The notes: generated by a model not told the origin, from the sequence alone. A stretch of DNA of 64,000 nucleotides from Rhodospirillales bacterium (GCA_038143065.1 JAYQLI010000035.1:704001-768000); one strand, 5' to 3'; positions 1 to 10,923 are shown, numbered from the stretch's first letter. Numbers and translations: made by a program.

Positions 1-27
1 TTGATCTGGATCAAACTGTTCGTCCAT
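1..27 (-). CDS. 5' end of a gene divergent from phnF that runs off the window (possibly phnG)
   Basis: ATG at 27 with AAGGTG just upstream; reads MDEQFDPDQ to the edge. Identity is inferred only from the common alphaproteobacterial phnF/phnG divergent layout. Confidence 0.35.
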
Positions 28-43
28 GGAACACCTTCAAATT

Positions 44-60
44 TGTCTAGACATCTAGAT
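44..60. promoter_or_regulatory. Putative PhnF (GntR/HutC family) operator pair
   Basis: Perfect palindrome TGTCTAGACA (44-53) overlapping ATCTAGAT (53-60). Fits the HutC-subfamily GT-N-TA-N-AC pattern and lies in the divergent promoter of phnF. Confidence 0.6.
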
Positions 61-116
61 AACTTGAAGTTAACTACATCTACGTAGTCTGTAAACCGGA
101 AAAAGAAGACAGTTTT

Positions 117-859
117 ATGACAATTAAAGAGCAAAGCACTTCCACACTTGAACGGGGAAGTGGTGAAGCATTGTGGAAACAGATTGCTAGTGAGTTAGAA
201 AACGACATCAAAACTGATGCTTATTCAAAAATTGGTCAGCGACTACCAACAGAACAGGTCTTAACTGCTCGGTTTAACGTCAACCGTCATACAGTTAGGC
301 GGGCCATTCAATCTTTAGTGGAAGATGGCCTCGTCCGCACAGAACAAGGTCGCGGCGTATTCGTAAACACAGAAGTCGTTGAATACCCACTTGGAAGACG
401 TGTCAGATTTAGCGAAAGCCTATCTGCGCTGCAAAAATCACCAAAAGGAAAAATACTCTCAATCATCAAATGCAAAGCCCCAATAGATGCGCTGGAAGCC
501 CTGGGTTTAAAAATGAACAGAGTTTGTGGAGGGTAGACAGATTGGGATTTAGTGATGAAACAGCAATAGCTCTGTCTTCGCATTATTTCTGCGCTGAACG
601 CTTTCCTAAACTTAAGGCTGTTTTCAACGAAACAAACTCAATAACAAGTGCTCTCAATGCTTTGGGTGTGGCGGACTATGAAAGGAGAGAAACACGTATA
701 TTGGCACGACCAGCTACTGCCGAAGAAACCCGTTTTCTAGAATTACCAAGAGGCAGACCAGTCCTTATAACAGAGGGCATAAACATCGATACCGAAGGAG
801 CCGTAATCGAATATAGCATTGCACGTTTTGCGGCAGACCGGGTGCAACTTGTTACATAA
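117..859 (+). CDS. phnF: Phosphonate metabolism transcriptional regulator PhnF (GntR HTH + UTRA); one frameshift near 525
   Basis: LPTEQVLTARFNVNRHTVRRAI...EQGRGVFV HTH in 117..536; UTRA C-terminus SITSALNALGVADYERRETRI...RFAADRVQL in 470..859. Confidence 0.85.
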
Positions 860-935
860 GATTCCTTAGATCTCAGGAAATAATGCTCTTCGGGAAAATG
901 AGAGCTGACTTTATTGGAAAGATAAGCTCACTCGA

Positions 936-1718
936 CTACCTATAACCACCACCACCATTTACATAGACTGTGTCAGCTGTCATGTAGCTACAGGCATCAG
1001 AGCACATAAAAAGCACAAGCTCTCCTATCTCTTCAGGACGGCCAAGCCTTCCCATTGGGACATCAGCAACCGCGCGAACACGGGCTTCCTCGTCACCTCC
1101 CGCAACATCTTCAAAAGGTGTGTCGATTGGACCGGGAGAAATTGATAATGCCCTTATACCTCGACCCGCAAATTCCCGAGCCACTCCCATGGTAAGGGTA
1201 ACTACCGCCCCTTTTGCAGCTGCATATGGAATTAATCCACCAGCTCCACCTCGCTTGTGAGACATGGACGCCGCATTAACAATCACCCCTCGCCCTTGAT
1301 CCAACATGTGCGGCAAGATTTCCTGCATACAGTAAAAGACACCAGACGCATTGATCCCCATCGCACCATCCCAGAGGGCATCATCTATCTCAAGAAACGA
1401 TGCACGCCTAAGAGCTGAACCAGCACAATTAAATTGAAAATCGATGATTCCAAATTCCTTAATGGCTGCAGCGAACGCACTCCTAACCGAAGACCGATCT
1501 GTTACGTCCATGTGAACGGTGAAACAGCGACCTCCCATTTGGCGAATAGCTTCAGCCGTTAGTTCAGCGCCGGTCGTATTAATATCAGCCACTACTACGT
1601 TTGCACCCTCTCGGGCAAAAACCAGCGCAGTCGCTCTACCAATTCCGCTCGCAGCACCTGTAATGATGATAGTTTTATTCAAAAACTCATCGGGCAACTT
1701 AGGCATTACAGGCTCCAT
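936..1718 (-). CDS. SDR family NAD(P)-dependent oxidoreductase
   Basis: TGAASGIG, YAAAK, C-terminal VNGG motifs. Confidence 0.9.
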   Translation of the reverse strand: MEPVMPKLPDEFLNKTIIITGAASGIGRATALVFAREGANVVVADINTTGAELTAEAIRQMGGRCFTVHMDVTDRSSVRSAFAAAIKEFGIIDFQFNCAGSALRRASFLEIDDALWDGAMGINASGVFYCMQEILPHMLDQGRGVIVNAASMSHKRGGAGGLIPYAAAKGAVVTLTMGVAREFAGRGIRALSISPGPIDTPFEDVAGGDEEARVRAVADVPMGRLGRPEEIGELVLFMCSDACSYMTADTVYVNGGGGYR

Positions 1719-1764
1719 CTAGTTAACACTTAATATCAACGCTACTGCTCATGCTAGAGTGCTT

Positions 1765-1778
1765 AGCGTAATTACGCT
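1765..1778. promoter_or_regulatory. Perfect 14-bp palindrome, putative operator
   Basis: AGCGTAATTACGCT, about 50 bp upstream of the SDR start. Confidence 0.4.
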
Positions 1779-2001
1779 CTTAACCAGGAGCTAAGGCAGA
1801 ACAAACCTCTAACTCTTCAGAAGAATTATCTCACAAGGGTGCAGAATTAGAATAACGATCAGATCCTGCAAAGTCTTAGTACCAAGCGCAAAATATCCGA
1901 TACGCCATGTCACACTCCCTAGGATTTTCTCCTAAATCTATAAAAGCTTTTACTTCTAACCCCAAAAAGAATAGTCGCGCTCGGATAAGCAGAGACACGA
2001 A

Positions 2002-2382
2002 ATGCCCATTTTATATAAACAGAAAATTGGATTTAAGAGTGCTATCACGCGTGGCCTACGCCGGCGCTGCCCATCCTGTGGTGAAGGCAGAGCTTTTTCT
2101 GGCTATCTTCAGCCAGTCAGTGTTTGTAGTGTTTGCAGCGCAGCACTTGGAGACATCAGAGCTGACGATTTTCCTCCTTATCTAACAATATTTATAGTTG
2201 GACATATCGTTGTACCATTTGCGCTGATCGCTGAGCAGAATTGGGCATGGTCGATTGTCTTGCATATGATCGTATGGCTACCTCTTACGCTAGCACTTCT
2301 TCTTGCAATACTCCCTTTCATGAAAGGCGCTGCCATTGGGCTAATGTGGCGGCTTGGACTGAAAGGTGATGAACAGCATTGA
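2002..2382 (+). CDS. DUF983 family membrane protein (zinc ribbon + TM)
   Basis: RGLRRRCPSCGEG...CSVC...ADDFPPYLTIFIVGHIVV. Confidence 0.85.
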   Translation: MPILYKQKIGFKSAITRGLRRRCPSCGEGRAFSGYLQPVSVCSVCSAALGDIRADDFPPYLTIFIVGHIVVPFALIAEQNWAWSIVLHMIVWLPLTLALLLAILPFMKGAAIGLMWRLGLKGDEQH

Positions 2383-2831
2383 GTGAAAAGATACCTTTTT
2401 GGCGCGAGAAAAAACTGGGCGATATGACCACTGATGAGTGGGGAGTCCCTATGTGATGGATGTGGGAAATGCTGCCTCCTAAAAGTTGAGTACGAAGATA
2501 CACAAGAAATTCTTGCAACCTCCGTTGCGTGTAAACTTTTGGACTTAAATAGCTGCCGCTGCCAGAATTACTCAGAGCGCAAGAGCTATGTTCCAGATTG
2601 CATTGATCTAAGTAAAAAAAGCTATCCACGTTACCATGGTTGCCAAAAACTTGTGCGTATCGCCTTATAGACGAAGGTAAAGACTTGGAGTGGTGGCATC
2701 CTCTTGTTTCAGGTTCCACAGAAACCGTGCATGAAGCAGGAATTTCTGTTCGCCACAAAGTCATATCAGAAGACGACTTGGAAGATATTGACGAAGACCT
2801 ACCCCGATATGTTGTTGACTGGAAATTATGA
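2379..2831 (+). CDS. YcgN family cysteine-cluster protein; two frameshifts
   Basis: Rejoined PFWREKKL...[14 protein letters not shown]...LPKTCAYRL...WWHPLVSG...VHEAGISVR; TTG start at 2379. Confidence 0.85.
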
Positions 2832-3516
2832 GCATCTTCCTCTTTCAAACGGTGACATAGCACCAGTTCGCGTGCGCGTTGACGGCAGATCAAAACAAAT
2901 ATCTCTAAAAGTCGAAAAAGTTGGCGGCCTAGTTACTTTAACCGCCCCAACCGCAGCAAAGTTGCCAGAAGCACGGCGTTTTATGAGTAAACGTACACGC
3001 TGGATTGCAGAGCGAAGAGCTGAAGCCCAAAAAATTACTCCCTTTGCACCAGGCTCAGTTATTCCTTTCCTAGGAAATATGTGCACGATCGTTCATGACA
3101 CTGACGCAAAGGATTTGGTAAAAATAAAAGAGGGTCAAATTCTTGTTGGGGGCGTTAGATCATCCATCAGTCGTTTAACAACCCGTTTTTTAAAGTCGGA
3201 AGCACTCCGGCGCTTAACACTCTCGACCAATAAGTATGCCGCATTATCAGGAAAAAAGGTCCTCCGAATTTCTGTGCGTGATGCCAAAACTCGCTGGGGA
3301 AGTTGCTCTGCTGATGGACGCTTATCCTTTTCCTGGCGCTTAGTTATGGCCCCAGAAAACATTCTTGATTATGTAGCGGCCCACGAAGTTGCCCATCTCG
3401 AGCACATGAACCATAGCGATCAATACTGGGCTCACCTGGCAGAAATTTTTCCTGATTTTAAGTTTGCAGAGATTTGGCTTAAGAAAAATGGCCCAAGTCT
3501 TCGCTGCTACGGCTAA
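2809..3516 (+). CDS. YgjP/DUF45 (M48-like) zinc metallopeptidase-family protein
   Basis: [25 protein letters not shown]; start approximate. Confidence 0.85.
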   Translation: MLLTGNYEHLPLSNGDIAPVRVRVDGRSKQISLKVEKVGGLVTLTAPTAAKLPEARRFMSKRTRWIAERRAEAQKITPFAPGSVIPFLGNMCTIVHDTDAKDLVKIKEGQILVGGVRSSISRLTTRFLKSEALRRLTLSTNKYAALSGKKVLRISVRDAKTRWGSCSADGRLSFSWRLVMAPENILDYVAAHEVAHLEHMNHSDQYWAHLAEIFPDFKFAEIWLKKNGPSLRCYG

Positions 3517-3537
3517 CGATTATGCGAGAGGATAGTT

Positions 3538-4615
3538 ATGACAAACCGTATTGTAATAGCTGGAGCGCTTGGAACTGTTGGAAGAGCTGCCCTTGAACAT
3601 TTTGAGAAGCTAGATGACTGGGAAGTTATTGCGCTTTCCCGACGACCACCAGATTTTGCAAATAAGGCAACCTGGCTGTCCGTAGACCTTCAAGACCCAG
3701 ATGATTGCCAGACTAAATTAGCAACTTTGAAGGATGTCACACATCTAGCCTATGCGGCAGTTTATGAAATGCCAGAGGTTGCGAGGGGATGGTTTACCCA
3801 GGAGCATGCCGATGTAAACCTCACAATGCTTCAAAACCTCTTAAGACCGCTATCCAATGCATCTCCAGACTTAACCCAAATCTCTTCTACAGGGTACAAA
3901 AGCCTACGGAGGGCATCTTGGTCCATTTAAACAACCTGCTAAAGAGAGCGATCCTCGTTATATGCCACCTAATTTTTACTATCTCCAGATGGATTGGCTC
4001 AACGAAGAACGCGCAAGAACAGGTGCCAAGTGGACATGGACGATACTTCGCCCTCAGGTTGTTTGTGGCCTTGCAATTGGAAGTCCGATGAATGTTATCG
4101 CTGGACTGGGCGTGTTTGCAGCTATTTCCAGAGAATACGGAATGCCCCTTCGTTTCCCTGGTGGAGATGCAAGGATCGGTGAAGCAACGGATGCCCGCAT
4201 TATCGCAAAAGCTATTGAGTGGGCCGCAAAAGATAAACGTGCAGCCGACCAGGTTTTTAATATTACAAACGGTGATGTTTATCAGTGGGAAGTAATTTGG
4301 CCACGTAACGCTAAGCTTTTCGATATGGATGTTGGAACTCGACATCCAATTTCGTAGGCACGAACAATGCCAGCAAATGCCCACTATTGGCCTAAGATTT
4401 CACGTAAGCACGGCCTAGAACCTTATTCGTTTGAACAATTAGTACCAAGTTGGGGTTTTATTGATTTTGTTCTGGGACATGGCCAACGCCCTAATCCTCA
4501 TCACATGAGTACTATCAAGGCACGTAAAGCTGGTTTTCAGGAATGCATTGATACTGAAGAAATGTTTGTAGAACTAATTCAAGAAATGCAGGCGCGGCGA
4601 TATCTGCCGTATTAA
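3538..4615 (+). CDS. PRISE-type (progesterone 5-beta-reductase-like) SDR/epimerase; frameshift near 3885 and in-frame TAG at 4355
   Basis: GALGTVG, LSRR, rejoined LLQGTKAY, PPNFYYLQ, KARKAGFQECIDTEEMF. Confidence 0.75.
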
Positions 4616-4668
4616 TATAATATTTCACCTACGATAAATTATTTAAGATATTGTATTTTATTGATTAA

Positions 4669-5330
4669 TTAATGCCCTTTAATGCGATCAATTGTTGACT
4701 GCCTTAATCGAATTTTAGTTTCTCCAAAGGCATGTTGATCCAGAAAAGCCAAGCGCGCAGCTGTCTCCAACGCAACATCTAGGACATCATTATCGGTTGC
4801 TTCATCTAAATATCCCGCCTTAACCGCAGCATCGGGGTCGTATAGTTTTGCCATAACCGTGGCGGCTTGAAGTTCGGCTGGATTTAAGCGATCGCGGGCC
4901 AGTTCTAAACCCACATAAGGCAGTGGCAAACCAATGGCTGTCTCATTTAAACCGATTTTGTAGCCCCTCGCTTACCTATCCGCACATCACCTGTCATCAG
5001 AAGTATCGCACCTGCGGCAACCGCATGACCGGTGCAAGCCCAGACTATTGGCTTTGGAAAAAGATAAAGGCGTTGCATTAGATCGGTTCCGAGACGCCGC
5101 ATCCTATCTCTTTCAGCCTCATCCTCCCCTCGTATAATTCGCAGATCGTATCCCCCACACAAAACACCGGGCCTACCATGAAGAACCATTGCTTTTGCTG
5201 CACTCTCAGCGCGATCTAGAGCACCATCAATAGCCTCAGACATCGCGGGCGAAAGAGCATTTGCTTTACCGTCGTCCATGTGGAGAACAGCTATCTCATT
5301 TTGCACTTCAAATTTGACTAGATCGGCCAA
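4669..5330 (-). CDS. Crotonase/enoyl-CoA hydratase family protein; frameshift near 4965
   Basis: MDDGKANALS, ACTGHAVAAGA, rejoined IGLNETAIGLPLP; GGAGG before TTG at 5330. Confidence 0.85.
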
Positions 5331-5532
5331 TTGATCCTCCAAAAATGATTAGCTAGAGAAGAAGTTTCAAAAAATTCAATCCCCAATTTCTTAGTAGTAA
5401 CGAGGCATCCACCAATAATTTCTACATTAAAATAATAACTTACAACAAGACAGACTTCGCAATTTCAAGGCTCTTTCGGTCCATGAATGGGTCTGATAGC
5501 AAGACGGTGTTACCTGTTGCGAGGACAAGGCT

Positions 5533-6284
5533 CTGAACATCGATATTGAAACCGCTGCCGTTATTGCACTTGCTTTTTTCATGGGCAGCCTTGTCAAGGG
5601 CGTGGCTGGTATCGGGCTCCCCTAGTAGCAATTCCAATACTTACTTTTGCAATGGATGTCCGGGATGCAACCCCCATGATTGTTGGGCCTGCAATCATCA
5701 CAAATGTCTTTCAAGTCATTAAGACAAGGCAGGCCCGTCTTCGATATAAAGAAATCACACCAATTATATTTGGTCTACTGATAGGAACATTTGGTGGAGC
5801 TTTGATCGCAGTTTCGGTCAATCCAAACGTGATGGTTGGTATATTGGGTTTTGTCATTCTCGCATTCGTTGCCTTTAGTTTTTCTGGATACATGCCGTCT
5901 ATTCCGCAAAAAGGGCGTCTGCAAATGGGCTTTGCAGCTGGCACGGGCACAGGATTAGTAGGAGGAATGACTGGGGTATTCGGGCCCGTTTTGGCAATCT
6001 ATACCCTCGCCCTCAAAATGCCCAAAGATGCTTTTGTTTGGGCTATGGGCGTACTCTTACTTCTTGCCTCATCTGGCCTTGGCATCTTCTATGCCACCCT
6101 GGGCGCCTTCCCTATCTGGGTTCTCATCGCATCTTTTGGAGCCATGCTGCCTTCTTATATAGGCATTGTTGCTGGAACTCGTTTACGCAAAATTGTTTCC
6201 GAAAAATTATTCAGGAACGTAGTTCTAAGCATTCTTGGCATTATCGCCCTGAAACATGTAGCGAGCGCTTTCGGATTAATTTAA
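5533..6284 (+). CDS. TauE/SafE (sulfite exporter family) membrane protein; frameshift near 5620
   Basis: N-terminal VKGVAGIGLP motif upstream of the listed ORF, GLVGGMTGVFGP in the second repeat. Apparent CTG start behind GAGGA. Confidence 0.75.
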
Positions 6285-6432
6285 TCAAATTTACCAGTGA
6301 CGCAGTCGTCACAAGATGCAATGATACAGCTTGTGCGTGGAAAAAAACACGCTTGAACAGAAAAGATCCGCCGTCTACATTTCTTTGATTGTAGGTGTAA
6401 GGAAAATGAAAACTCAACGGGGAGGAAACCCA

Positions 6433-7596
6433 ATGAACCGCTCAATCGCCGCTCTTGTGGCAAGCGTTTCAGTAGCAGCCTTTGCAGGCACTGCAATAGC
6501 AGACGGCCATGCTCCAAAGCTGCCACGCTCGAACGTTTGGACCGCATATGATCTTGGCTCTTCTGGCTACGCTGAAGCCGCTGGTATCGCAAACGCATTC
6601 CAGAAGAAATATAAAGCACGTGTAAGGATTATCCCATCAGGAACGTCAATTGGCCGACTTCTGCCACTGACTACAGGTAAAGCTCAGTATGGCTACCTCG
6701 CTAACGAGGCATTCTTCGCCGCTGAGGGAACCTATGACTTCGCAGTTCCTGAATGGGGGCCACAGGACCTTCGCATCATTACAGGCCGCCTCGCTAATGT
6801 GGGTGTTGCGACAGCGAAAGATGCCGGGATTAAGGAACTCTCCGACCTGAAAGGCAAACGGATGGGTTTCGTGAAGGGTAATCCTTCCGTAAATGTCAAA
6901 AACGATGCTTATCTTGCATTTGGTGGGCTGACACGTGATGACATTCAGGTAGTCTGGTTTGGTAGCTATGGCGCAATGAAAACTGCGCTTATCGCCGGTC
7001 AGCTTGATGCCTTTGGATCGGTCACAACTTCAGCTAACATGCGTGAGATCGAGGCGAGCCCTCGAGGCTTGCATTGGCCTAATTTCTGGCCAGACAACAA
7101 AGCTGGTTGGAAGGCTGTTACAGACGTGGTGTCCTTTGCAGCCCCAGGTAAAGAAACCCGTGGAGCAGCTCTTTCTGACGCAAACCCAGCCTGGCTCGTT
7201 GGATATCGCTATCCAATGATCACGACTTATGCTCGGACTTCAGAAGATGATGCTTATAATATGATCAAAGCCCTTGATATGGCGTTTGATGCTTACTCCA
7301 AGACCACCGCATCATCCTTTAACTGGGAAGTTGCCAAGGCTGGTCGTCCACCTTACGACACCCCTGCTCATGACGGTGCAATCCGTTACATGAAAGAAAA
7401 AGGGTATTGGCAGCCAGAAGATCAAGCTTGGCAGGACAATCGTCTCGCTCGCTTGAACGCGGTAATCGAGACCTGGGAAAATGGGCAAGCTGCTTTTGCT
7501 GATATGCGCACTGCAGAAAGAGCCAAAGGCAACAAGGTCGGCAATGATGCCTGGGCTGATTTCTGGACAGATTATCGGGCTAAAAACCTAAAATAG
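6433..7596 (+). CDS. TAXI-family TRAP transporter solute-binding subunit
   Basis: GGAGG RBS, signal peptide MNRSIAALVASVSVAAFAGTAIA, WTAYDLGSSGY, PAHDGAIRYMKEKG. Confidence 0.8.
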   Translation: MNRSIAALVASVSVAAFAGTAIADGHAPKLPRSNVWTAYDLGSSGYAEAAGIANAFQKKYKARVRIIPSGTSIGRLLPLTTGKAQYGYLANEAFFAAEGTYDFAVPEWGPQDLRIITGRLANVGVATAKDAGIKELSDLKGKRMGFVKGNPSVNVKNDAYLAFGGLTRDDIQVVWFGSYGAMKTALIAGQLDAFGSVTTSANMREIEASPRGLHWPNFWPDNKAGWKAVTDVVSFAAPGKETRGAALSDANPAWLVGYRYPMITTYARTSEDDAYNMIKALDMAFDAYSKTTASSFNWEVAKAGRPPYDTPAHDGAIRYMKEKGYWQPEDQAWQDNRLARLNAVIETWENGQAAFADMRTAERAKGNKVGNDAWADFWTDYRAKNLK

Positions 7597-7620
7597 TCTA
7601 CTAGTTCAGGAAAACCTTCG

Positions 7621-7657
7621 AAAGGGCTGTCTTTATGGGCAGCCCTTTCTTCTTTTA
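7621..7657 (+). terminator. Rho-independent terminator
   Basis: AAAGGGCTG(TC)-loop-(GG)CAGCCCTTT followed by a T-rich tail just after the TAXI gene. Confidence 0.8.
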
Positions 7658-7669
7658 CTCGAGCGTTCC

Positions 7670-7993
7670 ATGTATGAAACAGCACTTGTTTACGTTACCG
7701 CCTCCGATAAAGAAGAAGCGGAAAAAATAGCCAACTCTGTAATAACCGAGCGGCTAGCTGCTTGCGCAAATATTTTGGGAAATGTTTCTTCCATTTTTTT
7801 ATGGAAAGGTGCTATCCAAAACGAGAGCGAAATTGGTTTTTTTCTCAAGACAGCAGTAGAAAAAATCCCACTCTTAACAAAGCGCATTTCCGAACTTCAT
7901 TCCTATGAAAAGCCTTGTATTATCGCAATACCTATAATTGGAGGCAGTGAGCAATTCTTAGACTGGATCAAGACTGAAACACTCCAGCAATAA
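7670..7993 (+). CDS. cutA: Divalent-cation tolerance protein CutA
   Basis: LAACANI, SIFLWKG, ELHSYEKPCII, FLDWI. Confidence 0.9.
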   Translation: MYETALVYVTASDKEEAEKIANSVITERLAACANILGNVSSIFLWKGAIQNESEIGFFLKTAVEKIPLLTKRISELHSYEKPCIIAIPIIGGSEQFLDWIKTETLQQ

Positions 7994-8060
7994 AATCTCT
8001 CGACCAAACCTAGTATGCTGGCGTATTGTGACGCGTCCTGTTTAGATAAGGCTCCACAAA

Positions 8061-9314
8061 ATGCGCGACTTCTTTCGCGGACCAATGCCCTTTTTATGCA
8101 TTGGCCATTCCTTTGACCATATGTTCATCTTGCTGATTAACGTTGTTGTACTGCAAGTTCAGAGTGAATTTGGTCTTACATTTGGCGAGGGAATAAAACT
8201 TGCCTGGCTTGGCTTGGTGTTATTTGGCCTAGGCGCTCCAATTGCGGGCTGGCTGGCAGATAAATGGTCTGACATATGGATGATGTCCGTTTTTTTCATT
8301 GGCATTGGAATATCTACTCTTGGTGCTGGGCTAGCTCAGACATCAAGCCAAATGTTTGTTTGCCTATCATTCATCGGTTTATTCGCATCAATTTATCATC
8401 CAGTTGGTATTCCCATGGTAATGCGAGTAGCTGGGTCAAAATCAGGAAAAATGTTAGGCATTAATGGCATTTTTGGAAGTTACGGCATGGCCATGGCAAG
8501 TGGCGTTGCTGCTTTAATGATTTGGTTAGTTAGCTGGCGAATGGCCTACATTGTTCCGGGCGCGCTTAGCATTATCTTGGGAATTTGGTTTGCTGTTAAG
8601 TTCCGTAACCAAGCGAATGAAACAAGAGCTGCGCGACTTTTGACAGCCCAATCAGAAGCGCGAAAAGAAGGCCTTGGAGATATGATACGTGAGCTTGGCC
8701 TTAGCCGCTTTCTTCAAATTATGGGCGCGCTTTCTCTCATGACCTTAGGAGCAGGATTGGTTTTTCAATGCATGACAATCGGCTTGCCTAAAATCCTTCA
8801 AGCGCGGGTTGACTTTGTTACTGATGCCGAAGGCGCTGGTTTCGTAGCATCTGCTATCTTCTTCGTTGGCGCTCTTGCCCAACTTGCAGGCGGATTATTG
8901 GCAGATAAATTTCCGCTGAAGTGGTTATTTATTTGTATCTATGGTCTGATGACACCTGCTCTTTTTCTGGCCGCTGTCAGTACCGACTACGTGATGATCG
9001 TCGCAATTTGGATGATTGTCATGATCACCGTTGGCAACCAACCAGTGTCTGACTTTCTTTTCTCAAGATATGTGCCAAAGAGATGGGTCAATACGGCATT
9101 TGGTTTCCGTTTTGCTCTTTCCCTTGGCACTGCAATCGTTGCTGTACCTCTTGTGGGGGAAGTGTTTGACCAGACAGGTGATTTCTACTACGCCTTCCTT
9201 GCTATGGCTGCAGCGGCTGCAATAGCCGTACTATCGGCGCTTATCCTTCCAAATCGTGGAATTGAGGCACCAACTACATCAACCTCTCCTCAACCTGAAC
9301 TCTCTAAGACTTAA
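8061..9314 (+). CDS. MFS transporter
   Basis: About 12 hydrophobic segments; GWLADKW and GLLADKF motif A; SIYHPVG. Confidence 0.85.
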   Translation: MRDFFRGPMPFLCIGHSFDHMFILLINVVVLQVQSEFGLTFGEGIKLAWLGLVLFGLGAPIAGWLADKWSDIWMMSVFFIGIGISTLGAGLAQTSSQMFVCLSFIGLFASIYHPVGIPMVMRVAGSKSGKMLGINGIFGSYGMAMASGVAALMIWLVSWRMAYIVPGALSIILGIWFAVKFRNQANETRAARLLTAQSEARKEGLGDMIRELGLSRFLQIMGALSLMTLGAGLVFQCMTIGLPKILQARVDFVTDAEGAGFVASAIFFVGALAQLAGGLLADKFPLKWLFICIYGLMTPALFLAAVSTDYVMIVAIWMIVMITVGNQPVSDFLFSRYVPKRWVNTAFGFRFALSLGTAIVAVPLVGEVFDQTGDFYYAFLAMAAAAAIAVLSALILPNRGIEAPTTSTSPQPELSKT

Positions 9315-9843
9315 GCTCTAGGTGGCGTAATCGTGGGCGTCCATGCACGTGTTCAGCCAAAGGTGTCGTTGGACCACCAGTTCTAACTGGGCGCTCTGCA
9401 AAGCGCCCAAGGGAAATCATTCGATCATACATAACGATCGCTCCAGCAAGCCCTACATTTACGCAGAAGCTCGTCGGAATTTTAACAACATGAGAACATT
9501 GCTCGACCATTTCTGTGGATAGGCTCGCACGTTCAGGTCCAAGCACGTAGGCAGCGCGCATCGGGTGTTTAAAACTTGGTAACTCAATTGCATCATCTGT
9601 AAGTTCGATGCCAATCAGCTGACAGCCCTCAGGAAGCCGCATAGATTGTAAATTTTCAAAATCGTAGATCGGCAAGGAATTGGTTGCGCGACTGGTGTCT
9701 GTCTTACGGCCTTTTCTAGTTGCATACCGCGCACCTACCGTGAAAAGAAATTGCGCGCCAAAGGCGTGTGCGGTGCGCATTAGCGCCCCAAGATTATGCG
9801 CCTTAGAAATTCCTTCCGCGCCTATACCGAAGTACCCTTTCAT
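9304..9843 (-). CDS. SpoU/TrmH family RNA methyltransferase
   Basis: Start MKGYFGIG at 9843; NLGALMRTAHAFG, VLGPE, CVNVGLAGAIVMYDR. Confidence 0.9.
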   Translation of the reverse strand: MKGYFGIGAEGISKAHNLGALMRTAHAFGAQFLFTVGARYATRKGRKTDTSRATNSLPIYDFENLQSMRLPEGCQLIGIELTDDAIELPSFKHPMRAAYVLGPERASLSTEMVEQCSHVVKIPTSFCVNVGLAGAIVMYDRMISLGRFAERPVRTGGPTTPLAEHVHGRPRLRHLELKS

Positions 9844-9888
9844 TGGTCTATGATTACCTATCAACGAAAAAACTGAAAGGGCATAGAT

Positions 9889-10923
9889 ATGCGCGCCCTC
9901 CTCTGCCGTGATTGGCGACCTTTCAACGACCTTGAAATTGTTGAGCTTCCCGATCCCATACCACCCAAAAAGGGGCTTCGCATACGCGTAATGGCCGCCG
10001 GCGTAAGCTTTGCGCAAAGCCTCGTCGTTCAAGGGAAATATCAAAGGAAACCGCCCCGCCCCTTCACACCGGGGTCCGAAGTTGCCGGAATTGTGGAAGC
10101 TGTTGGGAGCGAGGCAAGTCGTTTTAAAGTTGGCGATAAAGTATTTGCTGTTATCGACTGGGGCGGGCTAGCGGAGAAAGCTGTAGCTCTGGAGGTAAAT
10201 ACTTATTCGATTCCAGAAGGTCTCGATTTTGCCAAAGCTATTTCAATTACTAATTCTTATGGAACATCAGCCGCAGCTTTAATGTGGCCAAATCTTCTTA
10301 ATGTTCAAGCGGGCCAAACTCTTCTAGTCCACGGGGCAGCTGGCGGTGTTGGCATCGCAGCTGTGGAGATTGGTAAGATATTAGGTGCAATTGTAATTGC
10401 GACAGCAAGTTCTGATGAAAAACTTGAAATAGCGAAAAGTCACGGTGCCGACCACGTGATCAACTACAGTAATACATCATTCAGAGATGTCGTTATGGAT
10501 ATCACAAATGGCTTTGGAGTGAATGCTTGTTACGATCCGGTTGGGGGTGATGTTTTTACCCAGTCGTTAAGATGTATGGCTGTGGAAGGCCGAATTATGC
10601 CCGTTGGATTTGCAGGAGGAGATATTCCACAAATCCCAGCAAATATACTATTGGTTAAAAATATAACTGTGACCGGCCTTAACATGGGGTATTACATGGG
10701 GTGGAGCCCATATGACGCACGCTACGAAAGCGAGAGCAAAGTTAGGCCTATTATGGAGAAGTTGGCCCAGTGGACGGTGACAGGAGATATCCGCCCAGAG
10801 TTAGCAGGCGCTTTCCATCTAGAAGATTTCCGAGATGCTATGTCGATGGTTTTAGGTCGAAAAGCCATTGGCCGCGTAGCTATAGCTTTTGATGAGGAAG
10901 CCACCAGATTGGGCTTAGAATAA
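9889..10923 (+). CDS. NADPH:quinone oxidoreductase family (MDR) protein
   Basis: GKYQRKP..PFTPGSE, HGAAGGVG, DPVGG, NILLVKN. Confidence 0.9.
   Translation: MRALLCRDWRPFNDLEIVELPDPIPPKKGLRIRVMAAGVSFAQSLVVQGKYQRKPPRPFTPGSEVAGIVEAVGSEASRFKVGDKVFAVIDWGGLAEKAVALEVNTYSIPEGLDFAKAISITNSYGTSAAALMWPNLLNVQAGQTLLVHGAAGGVGIAAVEIGKILGAIVIATASSDEKLEIAKSHGADHVINYSNTSFRDVVMDITNGFGVNACYDPVGGDVFTQSLRCMAVEGRIMPVGFAGGDIPQIPANILLVKNITVTGLNMGYYMGWSPYDARYESESKVRPIMEKLAQWTVTGDIRPELAGAFHLEDFRDAMSMVLGRKAIGRVAIAFDEEATRLGLE

Noticed and set aside
4355-4357. In-frame TAG (and the TAA in phaR) as stop-codon reassignment or pyrrolysine
   Set aside because: TAG and TAA terminate many intact genes here. These are isolated cases in an error-rich consensus, and Leu or Tyr is the likely original residue.
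9844-10044. Long antisense overlap between the SpoU ORF and the quinone oxidoreductase
   Set aside because: SpoU homology starts at MKGYFG (9843). The extension is an ORF-caller artefact, as are the many short antisense ORFs in the track.
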